DNA from: a virus
Reading direction: 5' to 3' (one strand)
Length of the DNA: 46,022 nucleotides
IMG/VR virus record: IMGVR_UViG_3300045988_121238
The notes beneath the pieces are model-generated. The model saw nothing but the letters and a program-made list of their open reading frames with translations. It did no database searches and was not told the DNA's origin. Shown here one piece after another: positions 32,487 through 40,959 of the stretch. Position numbers and translations under genes: made by a program. Position 1 is the first letter of the stretch; each line of letters begins with the position of its first letter.

Positions 32487-32846
32487 ATGGAGTTTTTCAT
32501 GGAAAAGTACAGAGAACTCGTTTCAGGATCGACATGCGTCATTGCTATGATTGCCGCTTTAGGGGGGTGCGTCGTGAACTACCTTTCAGAGTACAAGCAA
32601 ACAGGCAGAATGAATTTCAGATGGATGATTCCAGACTTGGCCATCAGTGGCTTTGTCGGATTCTTTGTCTTTTGGTTTTTCATCGAGCACGGATTTTCCG
32701 CGTCTGAAAGCGCGGTTGCGACGTGCATTGCAGGCAACTTAGGGTCAAGAATCTTCGACATTTTCCGATTCTTAATTGAAAACAAAATCGGCTTACCGAA
32801 GAGCTTTTTGGCGAGCAAAAATTCCGACAAGGAGCAACCGAAATGA
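32487..32846 (+). CDS. Holin (2-3 TM segments), with possible dual start
   Basis: Hydrophobic segments CVIAMIAALGGCVVNYL, LAISGFVGFFVFWFFI and AVATCIAGNLG. Immediately upstream of the endolysin. In-frame starts at 32481 (GTG), 32487 and 32499 (M-EFF-M). Confidence 0.6.
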   Translation: MEFFMEKYRELVSGSTCVIAMIAALGGCVVNYLSEYKQTGRMNFRWMIPDLAISGFVGFFVFWFFIEHGFSASESAVATCIAGNLGSRIFDIFRFLIENKIGLPKSFLASKNSDKEQPK

Positions 32847-33295
32847 AACGAGACTTTTTGGACTGCGATTTGCAGTCTGCGTGTGATTTCATCAAGCAGT
32901 ATGAGGGGGTGTCGTTGTCGGCATACACCTGTCCCGCAGGGGTCTTGACGATCGGCTACGGTCACACCGGAGACGTCCGCGAAGGCCAGTACATCTCAGA
33001 AGAGGAAGCGCTTGATCTCCTCGTCGAGGACCTTCGCGCGCACGCCGAAAGGCTCGCTCCGAAGGTCAAGGTGCAGGTCACTGACGGCCAGTACATCGCC
33101 CTGCTGTCTCTTGCCTTCAACGTCGGCGTCGAAGCTGTCGCGAAGAGCACGCTCCTGCGCCTGCTCAATGCGGGCGACATCGAGGCGGCCGGCGATGAGT
33201 TTCTGAAGTGGACCTACGCGGATGGGCGTGAGCTCCCGGGCCTCGTCCGTCGTCGGCGCGATGAGCGCAAGCTTTTCTTGGAGGGTACGCGATGA
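32843..33295 (+). CDS. Endolysin, GH24 (T4/lambda-type) lysozyme
   Basis: FIKQYEGVSLSAYTCPAGVLTIGYGHT...QYIALLSLAFNVG...LPGLVRRRRDERKLF. AAGGAG precedes the ATG. Confidence 0.85.
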   Translation: MKRDFLDCDLQSACDFIKQYEGVSLSAYTCPAGVLTIGYGHTGDVREGQYISEEEALDLLVEDLRAHAERLAPKVKVQVTDGQYIALLSLAFNVGVEAVAKSTLLRLLNAGDIEAAGDEFLKWTYADGRELPGLVRRRRDERKLFLEGTR

Positions 33296-33828
33296 TCTAT
33301 CTCAAGTGGGTTGCCTTGATCATCCCGTCTGTGATCATGGCAGTTGTGGGCAGGCTCGTCGCGCCGATCCTGCCTTTTTTCTGCGACGAGCAGGGCTACT
33401 TGCCGAGGTGGCTCTCCTGGTTCGCGACTGACGACAACCCTATGGACGGTGACGCGGGCCACTGGGAAAGGTGGCCGGGTACTGATGCCTGGTCGACGTA
33501 CAAGCGCCGCGTCGCATGGCTTCTGCGGAACGTCTGCTACGGCTTCGATATCCAAGTTTTAGGCGTTCGCGTCTATCCGACGGATGTTTGGGAGGTTCGT
33601 GGAAACGAGGACGCCTCCGACACGAATGGCGTCTCGGGCACTTGCATCCGCCACTGCCATCGCGACGGCAAGCACATCGCCTGGCACCTCTACGTCGTGA
33701 GGCACTACCGCCTCTTTGGTCGCCCCTGTTGCGTTCGCATCAGTCTCGGGTGGAAGCTCTGGGGCTCACGCGACAAGACGGCGCAGTACACCGTGTACGT
33801 CAACCCCGTCAAAGGGTGGGAGCTATGA
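33292..33828 (+). CDS. Membrane-anchored protein of unknown function within the lysis cassette
   Basis: N-terminal TM segment LKWVALIIPSVIMAVVGRLVAPILPFF. ATGA-coupled on both sides. Trp/Arg/Cys-rich body. Confidence 0.5.
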   Translation: MIYLKWVALIIPSVIMAVVGRLVAPILPFFCDEQGYLPRWLSWFATDDNPMDGDAGHWERWPGTDAWSTYKRRVAWLLRNVCYGFDIQVLGVRVYPTDVWEVRGNEDASDTNGVSGTCIRHCHRDGKHIAWHLYVVRHYRLFGRPCCVRISLGWKLWGSRDKTAQYTVYVNPVKGWEL

Positions 33829-34271
33829 GTGCTTGGCTCAAGCCAGCGGCGGCGGCGCTCGCTGCGCTCATCGCCTTTGGAGCGGGATGTCGGTACTCGG
33901 CCGCGCTCTACGGCGAGGACATCGCCGCCTTGCGCGAGGACTACGCTACTCGGGCGCAGTCTCTTGAGATTAAGTACAGAGAGAAGGAGAGGGGCTATGC
34001 ACAGAGCTTGGTGGATGCATTGGATGCAAGGGACAAGGCTCTTGCTCGCGTCGATGATCTTGGCGCCGATCTTGAGCGGGTGCGCAAGCAAGCAGCCGAC
34101 GCTCGCCGTCGACTGTCCGCAGCTGCCGGCGGTACCTGCGACGCTGAAAGAGAGCAGCTTGCCCGATGCGCAGACCTTGTCGAACGAGGCGCGGAGTTGG
34201 TTCGACGAGGTGTCGAGCTTTCTGAGCGGACTGCGATAGATAAGGACTCGGTTGTTCAACTTGTAAGATAA
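33825..34271 (+). CDS. i-spanin (Rz-like)
   Basis: N-terminal TM segment AAAALAALIAFGAG, then a charged coiled-coil. Follows the lysis genes. ATG at 33825 lies in the 33516..34271 frame. Confidence 0.7.
   Translation: MSAWLKPAAAALAALIAFGAGCRYSAALYGEDIAALREDYATRAQSLEIKYREKERGYAQSLVDALDARDKALARVDDLGADLERVRKQAADARRRLSAAAGGTCDAEREQLARCADLVERGAELVRRGVELSERTAIDKDSVVQLVR
34024..34239 (+). CDS. o-spanin (Rz1-like lipoprotein) embedded in the +1 frame of the i-spanin gene
   Basis: MQGTRLLLASMILAPILSGC has a lipobox (LSGC). The mature part is Pro-rich (QPTLAVDCPQLPAVPATL). Alternative in-frame ATGs at 33997 and 34015. Confidence 0.7.
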   Translation: MQGTRLLLASMILAPILSGCASKQPTLAVDCPQLPAVPATLKESSLPDAQTLSNEARSWFDEVSSFLSGLR

Positions 34272-34301
34272 AATGGGAGCGTCTTGATCAAGGAGCAATC
34301 A

Positions 34302-35306
34302 ATGCCCGATTATGAAATCAATACATTTGCCGAGCTGTGCCAGAGAATCATTGACTCTGACGGCAAGGGGGTCGAAAACCTTGTTGCTGTGACAAGTCCG
34401 GGCGCGTTTGCATGTACTATCAAGATAGAAGGGGACGGATACTGCGGAGAGATCCCTGGTTTTCTTCTCCAAAGCCTTTCGGAGTTCCAGACACAGGTGT
34501 TCCGAGCCTATGCTATGGCGGTATACGGGAAGGACGATCTCCGAGGTTTGGATAAAAGCAAGCTTTGGTGTTCTGTCCAGAGTCGCCAAGGTTCTTTGGA
34601 TCTGGTGTTTTGTCTGGCTGTTCTCGGCGTGGGCATAGGAACTGCGATGATAAAAGATATGTCCGCAACACAAAAGACGATCTTGGGCCTAGGGGTGTTC
34701 GCTGTTTTTGCCGGGTACATTGGGGCAGATATCTACAAGACCTATTCTGCCGAGAGCATTGAGGTGGAGAAACAGGAAACTGAGCGGCAAAAAATCGAGG
34801 CCGATACGGCGAACGGGCTAGCCGAGCAGGATACAATTCGCACCGCCATGATACTTTTGAGCAAACAAGCTTCTGAGAAGGATCTGGATACCCTCGTGGC
34901 AGCTGGTGCTCATGGTCGGGTTGGGGTTGATGCCTTGATCCGAGACGCGAGGGGTGCTGTTCGCGTTACCTATGGCAAGACCGTGGTCGAGCAGGACGAG
35001 ATCAAGCGGATACAATCTCCCGAGTCGGTTCCTGTGAAGCGTTACCCGAGGGAGGGGATTTTCAAGATTGTTCAAGTGAATACGGAAAATCCCGAGTTAT
35101 GGAAAGTTTTGCTAAAGGACACTGTGTCGTCAGAAAAGATTCTCTCTTCCGTCACCCCGAGCACGTTGTTCTTGAGTGCGGAGAGAGCAAAAGAGCTTTT
35201 GGACTATCAGAGGGATGAGACTCCTCTGAAAGTAACTATGTCTTGCGCAGAGAAGGGCGATTCCAAGACATATACAATTGACCAAATGGAGCTCTACGTA
35301 GAGTAA
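34302..35306 (+). CDS. Unknown two-TM protein at the end of the late operon (moron position)
   Basis: AAGGAG lies 7 nt before the ATG at 34302. Central TM pair LDLVFCLAVLGVGIGTAMI / ILGLGVFAVFAGYIGADI. Followed by a strong terminator and then the integrase remnant. Confidence 0.55.
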   Translation: MPDYEINTFAELCQRIIDSDGKGVENLVAVTSPGAFACTIKIEGDGYCGEIPGFLLQSLSEFQTQVFRAYAMAVYGKDDLRGLDKSKLWCSVQSRQGSLDLVFCLAVLGVGIGTAMIKDMSATQKTILGLGVFAVFAGYIGADIYKTYSAESIEVEKQETERQKIEADTANGLAEQDTIRTAMILLSKQASEKDLDTLVAAGAHGRVGVDALIRDARGAVRVTYGKTVVEQDEIKRIQSPESVPVKRYPREGIFKIVQVNTENPELWKVLLKDTVSSEKILSSVTPSTLFLSAERAKELLDYQRDETPLKVTMSCAEKGDSKTYTIDQMELYVE

Positions 35307-35376
35307 CAACACCATACGGGCTACGATAGTACCTGCGCTCGATCATATGGAGCGTCGAGAAATCCTGCCCCTGAAA

Positions 35377-35417
35377 ACGCCCCACTTACCTTCGCTGGTA
35401 GGTGGGGCGTTTTTTTG
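35377..35417 (+). terminator. Rho-independent terminator (A-run upstream, so possibly bidirectional)
   Basis: ACGCCCCACTTACC-TTCGCT-GGTAGGTGGGGCGT followed by TTTTTTT. Confidence 0.75.
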
Positions 35418-35432
35418 TGCCTTTGGAAAACG

Positions 35433-35978
35433 TCACTTCTTCTTCGGCATGATCGTGTCGGCCCACGACTGCATGACGGGACGACGTAGTTCACATAGGT
35501 CGTCACGCTGATATGTTTGCTCAACGGCGTTGCCGGTTGCGTGCATCAAGCATTTCTCTGCGACGACTCTGTCCACACTGTTTCTGGCCGCCCAGTCTCG
35601 GAAGGTCGAACGGAATCCGTGCATTGTTACTTTGCCGTCTGTGAGCCTGCTGACCGTGTGATACGGGTTGTCGATGCGGATTGGTCTGTGCGCCCAGTAA
35701 GGCGACGGAAAGAGAGGTCCCTTTTGGCTCGGGTTAGCGGCAAGCAGCACTTCAATGGCTTGATCGCTCAGAGGGACACGGTGCGGGAAAGGCTTGCGGT
35801 CCTTTCTGCGAGCAGGCGGGATGTACCAGATGCGCTCTTCGAGATTGATTTCATCCCAAAACGCGAGCGTAAATTCCTTTCGGCGCGTGGCGGTAGTAAT
35901 CCATTCCTCTTCCGAGGCCCGGCATAAGAAAACGCAGCTGGTCGAGCAGTACGAGAACGTCCGCGAGTTCTTCTGCAA
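35433..35978 (-). pseudogene. int: Tyrosine integrase (P4-like), catalytic C-terminal domain only; N-terminal ~half is missing
   Basis: [24 protein letters not shown].....HRVPLSDQAIEVL...HGFRSTFRDWA...LMHATGNAVEQTYQRDDL..RRPVMQSWADTI carries the R...HxxR...Y signature. No arm-binding or core-binding region is present. The first ~25 codons overlap the upstream gene's tail. Confidence 0.75.
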
Positions 35979-36135
35979 GTTCTCCTAGGTGCCTCAAGGA
36001 TCGATCTGCCGTAAAGCGTGACAGGGCAGTCACGCTTTCACCGAGCTCTTCCTGCAGTTTGTTGAGTTGATGGCTTTCGCCATACCAGAGGGCGATGGTT
36101 TTGACGTTATCGAAATACTCGTCATTGTCAAGCAT
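35851..36135 (-). CDS. MazG-like NTP pyrophosphohydrolase, 3' end replaced by out-of-frame integrase-derived sequence
   Basis: ...[13 protein letters not shown]....[18 protein letters not shown] is the MazG EExxE/ExxD pattern. The following [27 protein letters not shown] is read from int DNA in another frame. Confidence 0.5.
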   Translation of the reverse strand: MLDNDEYFDNVKTIALWYGESHQLNKLQEELGESVTALSRFTADRSLRHLGELAEELADVLVLLDQLRFLMPGLGRGMDYYRHAPKGIYARVLG

Positions 36136-36394
36136 GAGCCAGCTCCCATTTCTTGAGTTCGTCGCAAAGGGTGCGTGCGCTGAGCTGTACTCTGTTGAAA
36201 GCCTGCTTGCTGGCGCAGTTCTTGGCGATGGAAAGGTATGACGTGTAGGCCTTGATCGATCGAACGATGTCTGCCGTGTCCTTGTGGTCGATGAGTCGGC
36301 TTGCGAGTGCGCGGAGATTTGAGGTCGACTGATCGCGATACGACCATCGAAGCTCGCGGCGGATGTCTTGAACAACGATTTCGGTTTCGGTCAT
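36128..36394 (-). CDS. Hypothetical early protein
   Basis: ATGA-coupled to the upstream gene. 88 aa. Confidence 0.4.
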   Translation of the reverse strand: MTETEIVVQDIRRELRWSYRDQSTSNLRALASRLIDHKDTADIVRSIKAYTSYLSIAKNCASKQAFNRVQLSARTLCDELKKWELAHA

Positions 36395-36672
36395 TCCTTG
36401 TCCTCCTTTCTGACCCACCACGACGGAATGTCGAGGTAAGCCCATGCAACGTCGTCATAGCCGGCAACCTTGTGCGCGACGCGCTTGGCGACGGTGTTGC
36501 CCCTGACGGTTTTGGCTTCGTAGAAGTGGTCGTCGCCTAGGCCGAAGTAGGCGTGCGGTATGAAGACGGGTTTGCCGTTCTTCAGGGCCATGATGAGCAG
36601 TTCTTGGCCGGGGCGCGGGTGCGTCGCTTCATCATTTTCATCGTACCGTTGCCAGTCGATATTTCCGGTCAT
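36391..36672 (-). CDS. Hypothetical early protein (possibly DUF551-like)
   Basis: 93 aa, translationally coupled. Confidence 0.4.
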   Translation of the reverse strand: MTGNIDWQRYDENDEATHPRPGQELLIMALKNGKPVFIPHAYFGLGDDHFYEAKTVRGNTVAKRVAHKVAGYDDVAWAYLDIPSWWVRKEDKE

Positions 36673-36887
36673 TCCTCGTCCTCCTCAACCTTTTCGACCA
36701 TGTCGGGCGTTATCACTAACGCGTGGAGCGGGCCCTCCTTTTTGCAGAACCAAAGAGTGATCTGCATCAGAAACTCGAGGTCGGAACAGATGCGCTTGTA
36801 GTTAAGCGCAAGCTGCTTTGAGAAGTCTCCGTCGCTAAGCTCGTCGAGCTTTTTCTGAAGCCCACGGTCTTTGAGTCTGAATCTCAT
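36669..36887 (-). CDS. Hypothetical early protein
   Basis: GAGGAG precedes the ATG at 36887. 72 aa. Confidence 0.4.
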   Translation of the reverse strand: MRFRLKDRGLQKKLDELSDGDFSKQLALNYKRICSDLEFLMQITLWFCKKEGPLHALVITPDMVEKVEEDEE

Positions 36888-36898
36888 GCTTTTACTCC

Positions 36899-37324
36899 TC
36901 AGCGTCCAGTACTGCCGTAGCCACCCGCGCCGCGCTCGGTCTCGCTCAGCTCGTCAGCCCACTCGAACTCAGTGTCAACGAGCTTTTCGATGCGCATCTG
37001 GGCAATGCGGTCGCCGTTATGAACGATGTACGGCCTGCCCGATGCATTCTTCACCGTGATGTAGACGGGCCCGCGGTAGTCGGCATCCACAAGCAAAGGC
37101 GTGATGATGAGGCCCTTGAGGGCGGTGCTGGAGCGGCTGTACACCACGCCAACGTATCCTTCAGGGATTTCAAATGCGAGCCCCGTCTTGATGCGAATCG
37201 TCTGCTCTTCAAAAATTGGCGCGTCGAACTCTTCCGCCGCATACAGGTCGAAGCCTGCGGCGTATTTCGTCCCACGTGTTGGCATCTTGGCGTTAGGGTC
37301 TAGCTTCTTAAGCTTGATCTTCAT
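36899..37324 (-). CDS. dut: dUTPase (trimeric type)
   Basis: AAGFDLYA, GVVYSRSS, ...DADYRG, GDRIAQM and the C-terminal RGAGGYGSTG motif. Confidence 0.9.
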   Translation of the reverse strand: MKIKLKKLDPNAKMPTRGTKYAAGFDLYAAEEFDAPIFEEQTIRIKTGLAFEIPEGYVGVVYSRSSTALKGLIITPLLVDADYRGPVYITVKNASGRPYIVHNGDRIAQMRIEKLVDTEFEWADELSETERGAGGYGSTGR

Positions 37325-37698
37325 GCTTTTACTCCTTGTTCTGCCATGCCAAAGGCGATGTCCTCGATCATCGATCGCTTAACCGGAGGAATTATCACGG
37401 CCTTGGTCTCGGTCTTCTTCTCGGCTTTCTTCTCTGAGTTGTATGCACGGTACTCGTCAAATGCGACTGCGGGGTCTGCGTACTTCTGGTCAGTCAGACT
37501 CACAAGCGTGTCATGATCGTCCGTGACGGACATAATCCCCGCGTTGACGAGCTTTTGCACCGTAGCCTTGAACGACGCTGCGACTTTCGTCCTTATCCCG
37601 AGCGCCTCGAGCAGCGAAGACATACGCAGCGGGCCTTTTGCGCCGATGATCGCGAGGGCCTTGTCGGCCCTCACGCCGATATATCCGTTGTGGCTCAT
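37321..37698 (-). CDS. Hypothetical protein (winged-helix-like N-region)
   Basis: 125 aa, ATGA-coupled on both sides. Confidence 0.4.
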   Translation of the reverse strand: MSHNGYIGVRADKALAIIGAKGPLRMSSLLEALGIRTKVAASFKATVQKLVNAGIMSVTDDHDTLVSLTDQKYADPAVAFDEYRAYNSEKKAEKKTETKAVIIPPVKRSMIEDIAFGMAEQGVKA

Positions 37699-38177
37699 CG
37701 GATGCTCACGCTTTCGCGCGCCTCCAGGCTGCAGCCGGGGACCTCGACGCCGTCGAGCAGTGCCTGCTTGATGGCGACCTTGTTCGGGCTTACGGTCGTC
37801 TTGACGGTCGTGTAGGCCTCGGGCAGGTCTGCGCCTTCGGAGACTTCGACGGCCTGCGTCGTGCGGATCGAGACGGTCACGCGTGCGGTCTTGACCTTCC
37901 CGGTCGCGTGCAGGGCATCGAGGAGCATGGACTTGATGTAGTCGGAGCGCTTCTGCATCGACTTGACGCGGGCGAGCATTCGGTCGGCTTCGTCCTTTGC
38001 GGCCTTGGCCTCGGCATCGAGCTCGCGAAGGTAGAGCGCGGTGGCCTCGATCTTTTCGGAGGCTTCGGCTTCGACGGCGTGGAGGTTGTCCGCATTGAGG
38101 ATTTCGCCAGTCTCCTCGTCGACGACGATGTCATCCAGCGCAAAGCGAAGCGCCGGAGCGATTTCGTAGAGTTTCAT
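37695..38177 (-). CDS. Siphovirus Gp157-like protein
   Basis: MKLYEIAPAL.....D......GEI....L..LE.E..EKIE....Y.REL..E..A.K.E..R.... coiled-coil pattern typical of Gp157. Confidence 0.5.
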   Translation of the reverse strand: MKLYEIAPALRFALDDIVVDEETGEILNADNLHAVEAEASEKIEATALYLRELDAEAKAAKDEADRMLARVKSMQKRSDYIKSMLLDALHATGKVKTARVTVSIRTTQAVEVSEGADLPEAYTTVKTTVSPNKVAIKQALLDGVEVPGCSLEARESVSIR

Positions 38178-38191
38178 TTTACGTACCTATG

Positions 38192-38218
38192 AAAAAGCCC
38201 TGCCGGTTAGGGCAGGGC
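38192..38218 (-). terminator. Rho-independent terminator downstream of the Rha gene (minus strand)
   Basis: On the minus strand: GCCCTGCC-CTAACC-GGCAGGGC followed by TTTTT. Confidence 0.65.
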
Positions 38219-38242
38219 CGATGTGAAAATTGGGTGTGGCTG

Positions 38243-39091
38243 TTACTGAGCAGTCAGGGCACGGTAGCAGGACAGTTGCCTCACGCTATAGCCGTGGCGA
38301 TCGAGCATGTCCTCGATGGAACCGAGGTTCATGCTTGTCACGGCTTCGTAGAAGCGGGGCGCGAGAGGCGACTGGAGGAGCCGCATCAGGTTGAGGACGG
38401 TCTCGAGGTCTTCGCGGAAGAGATATCTCCAGTAGTAGACGAAGGTCCTCAGGTTCTCGGCCTCACGCGCGGAGAGGACGATCGAGCCCGCGGGGATAGG
38501 ATGCAGGCCACAGTGCGGGCAGCCGCCATCATCGGGGCGCGTGGTGTGTGGCACCTCTGGGACATCGAGCTCAACCTCTCTGATGAATTCGAGGCAGTCG
38601 GCAAGCTTGGTGCGCGGCAGTTGGTCGTATCGTGCGATCTGGTAGTGTGCCTTGATGGCGCGGTAGATCGTCTGGTAGTTGGCCGCGGTCTTCTTAGCGC
38701 GGGCGGCAACGGCGACTTGGATGGCTCGCTGCTCTGCGGGCGTGATCGTGGTTGGTGCCTCGAGCTCGTTCTTCATGCGTTCGAACTCATCGTAGAACGC
38801 GCACTTGAATTCGAGAGCCTTCGCGCCGGTGAATCCCATGGCGAGGATGCAGAAGCCTTTCTGATCCATCCAGTAGCCAGTTACAGTGCGCTTTGCTCCG
38901 GAGCCGATTTCGACCTCTTCGGACCATTGCGCAAAATTGCGCGATGCTAGAAGTTCAGGCTTTTTAGCGATGATGGAGTCAATTGCGCGGACTGCGTCAC
39001 TATGCTTTTTCGAGAAGTATTCGGCGACGATGCGACTGGACGTGACTGGGCGGCCTTCGATAACTTTGAAGGCGTTAGAGCTGATGGACAT
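38243..39091 (-). CDS. Rha-family phage regulatory protein
   Basis: N-terminus FKVIEGRPVTSSRIVAEYFSKKHSDAVRAIDSII...GYWMDQKGFCILAMGFTGAKALEFK matches the Phage_pRha pattern. AGGAGG precedes the ATG. Confidence 0.75.
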   Translation of the reverse strand: MSISSNAFKVIEGRPVTSSRIVAEYFSKKHSDAVRAIDSIIAKKPELLASRNFAQWSEEVEIGSGAKRTVTGYWMDQKGFCILAMGFTGAKALEFKCAFYDEFERMKNELEAPTTITPAEQRAIQVAVAARAKKTAANYQTIYRAIKAHYQIARYDQLPRTKLADCLEFIREVELDVPEVPHTTRPDDGGCPHCGLHPIPAGSIVLSAREAENLRTFVYYWRYLFREDLETVLNLMRLLQSPLAPRFYEAVTSMNLGSIEDMLDRHGYSVRQLSCYRALTAQ

Positions 39092-39392
39092 TGCGTCCTC
39101 CTGTGTAATTTTTCACCAATCGCCAAAATTGGCGGATGGTTAATCACCTATTTTCAGTAGGTGGCCGGGTGCTGAAAACCGTACACAGTCGGCGGGCTTA
39201 TTCCCTTTGCAGGTGTTTTATTGGCCGCACGCCCGGCCATAGCTTGCACTATGTCCGTGGCTATCTATCTAACCGCCTCACATTTGAGGGCGTTGAGTAG
39301 ATACAAAAATACCGCTTGTCTGTCGGGTGCGGTGTCCGCTGTGTAGGTGTTTTCAGCACCTGAGCGAAGCATACTCGACTTGTCGGCGATCG

Positions 39393-39941
39393 TCAAGATT
39401 CATTCAGCCAGTCAATGGCCTCTCTCGCGTTTTTAACGACGTATTCATTCTGTGAGCGATCGAACTCAACCTTGAGAAAGAATACATTTTTTGGTAGCTG
39501 AACATTTAGAACGCGAGCGGCCGCAATTCCTCTGGTTGACCCGGCAGCTCTCATATACCGGGTAAGTTGTTTCAATGCGGACCGGTTGAAGGCTATTGGT
39601 TTGGCCTCTACAGGAATATTACGGACAAGACAATCTGGTTGGCTTGCGCCTCCTAAGACTTTCCCTCCAAGCGCTTTAGCAATTGGCCCATACATACAAC
39701 CTTCTCGTTGAGCGTGGAGTCTCGTAAGGGTAGCCAAGGTTATAAGGTGGTTGAATGCGTTCTCTGGCATTATTCCCGTCGCATCTAAGATACGATTCTT
39801 GGCGTTGATTACATCTTCAATAGTCAACGTCTTTTCTTGTCTTAGCAATTCGATCAACGAACGGTTTTCGCGGCACCATTCCCAAAACTCAAGTTCGTCC
39901 CTGTCATCGAAATGCCAAAGAAACTCAAATGAGTCGTTCAT
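39393..39941 (-). CDS. PD-(D/E)XK-type nuclease-like protein; second gene of an AT-richer cassette
   Basis: GGASQPDCLVRNIPVEAKPIAFNRSALKQLTRYMRAAG fits D-x(n)-E-x-K plus QLxxY, as in NucS/RecB-like nuclease cores. ATG at 39941 follows GAGGG. The TTG at 40004 is a less likely start. Confidence 0.5.
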   Translation of the reverse strand: MNDSFEFLWHFDDRDELEFWEWCRENRSLIELLRQEKTLTIEDVINAKNRILDATGIMPENAFNHLITLATLTRLHAQREGCMYGPIAKALGGKVLGGASQPDCLVRNIPVEAKPIAFNRSALKQLTRYMRAAGSTRGIAAARVLNVQLPKNVFFLKVEFDRSQNEYVVKNAREAIDWLNES

Positions 39942-40000
39942 TTTCTTACCCTCATGGCCGTTGATGATTGAGTATGCATACCCGAAACACAGGCGCGTTG

Positions 40001-40900
40001 TCAAAGTTCCTGACCCCTGAAAAGGCCTTGATCCCTCGTGGTCGAGTAGACCTTGGCAATTTCATACTCTATCGAAGGCTTCCCGTTCCTCATGACCATA
40101 GTCTGGTTCAAGTCGATGTCTATGTGGTCGCCTGCGGAAAACGAAACTTCGCGGTTTTGCACTCGGGCATGGAAGTCCATGTCTGTCAGCTTCGCTGCGT
40201 ATTCTGTTCCGTTCGACTTGATCGTCCACTTCTTTTCGTCGAATCGAACACCAAGGATGACGGCGTCGACATGCTTCATAGGCGGCAAGGCCTGAGGTGC
40301 GGCTGATTGTGCTGGTGTGATCATTAGTTCGTATCCCTGTCTGTCGATGTCGAGGACTTTGGCGTTGTTCGCGTCTAGCAATTCGCAGCGCTCTGCATGG
40401 TTGCCCAGTCCAAGAGGAGAGAAAGCTTCTTTGAGAGGCTTAGCAAGCACTCCTCCGTTGTGAATCTTTTGCGATAGTTGCTTGACGTTGCCGTTGAAGT
40501 TGTTAATGGTGCAGTTGATGTATTGGGTTTGATTGGCGACAGTATCAACTTGAGCCGAAGTAACCTCTTGGTCTCCAAACGTTTTGCGCAAGTTGATCAG
40601 CAAGATGAAGCATTCGAATGTTTCTTTTGCCAGAGAAACCGTTTCCGAGAACAAGGCAGGGTTACTGGCGACTGCTTCGAAAACGAATTTCAAAAGTGCA
40701 ATTACGCTTCCTTTCTCGATGCTAGCTTGAATTTGAAGCGATGTCTGCTTTTGGCGAGCTCCAGGCATTTGCTTTGCAATGATGTCGAGAGAGTCGTTGA
40801 TGCCTATCAGCGCAACGCCGAGCTCCTTCGCGTCTATGGTGTGTCCTTCGAGCGCCTTCCCCTGAAGGTGTAGTTTGAATTCGAAATAGTCCTGATCCAT
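40001..40900 (-). CDS. Unknown 299-aa protein; first gene of the cassette
   Basis: AGGAGA precedes the ATG at 40900. Helical N-half and beta-rich C-half (KKWTIKSNGTEYAAKLTDMDFHARVQNREVSFSAGDHIDIDL...). No motif recognised. Confidence 0.5.
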   Translation of the reverse strand: MDQDYFEFKLHLQGKALEGHTIDAKELGVALIGINDSLDIIAKQMPGARQKQTSLQIQASIEKGSVIALLKFVFEAVASNPALFSETVSLAKETFECFILLINLRKTFGDQEVTSAQVDTVANQTQYINCTINNFNGNVKQLSQKIHNGGVLAKPLKEAFSPLGLGNHAERCELLDANNAKVLDIDRQGYELMITPAQSAAPQALPPMKHVDAVILGVRFDEKKWTIKSNGTEYAAKLTDMDFHARVQNREVSFSAGDHIDIDLNQTMVMRNGKPSIEYEIAKVYSTTRDQGLFRGQEL

Positions 40901-40959
40901 CGCGTTCTCCTAACGATACTCGTAGAGTTATCCTACAACGATCTTCTGGGGAGCTTGTC

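Noticed and set aside
35350-35376. tRNA T-arm-like string (CGTCGAGAAATCCTGCCCC) near the integrase 3' end, as a possible attP core
   Set aside because: It is only loosely similar to GGTTCGAATCC-type T-loops and has an insertion. There is no acceptor stem context. This cannot be supported without a host sequence.
38189-38950. Plus-strand ORFs 38189..38950 (253 aa) and 40955..41698 (247 aa) opposite the Rha and SSB-like genes
   Set aside because: Gly/Arg/Leu/Asp-rich shadow translations. The minus-strand genes have clear family motifs and RBSs.
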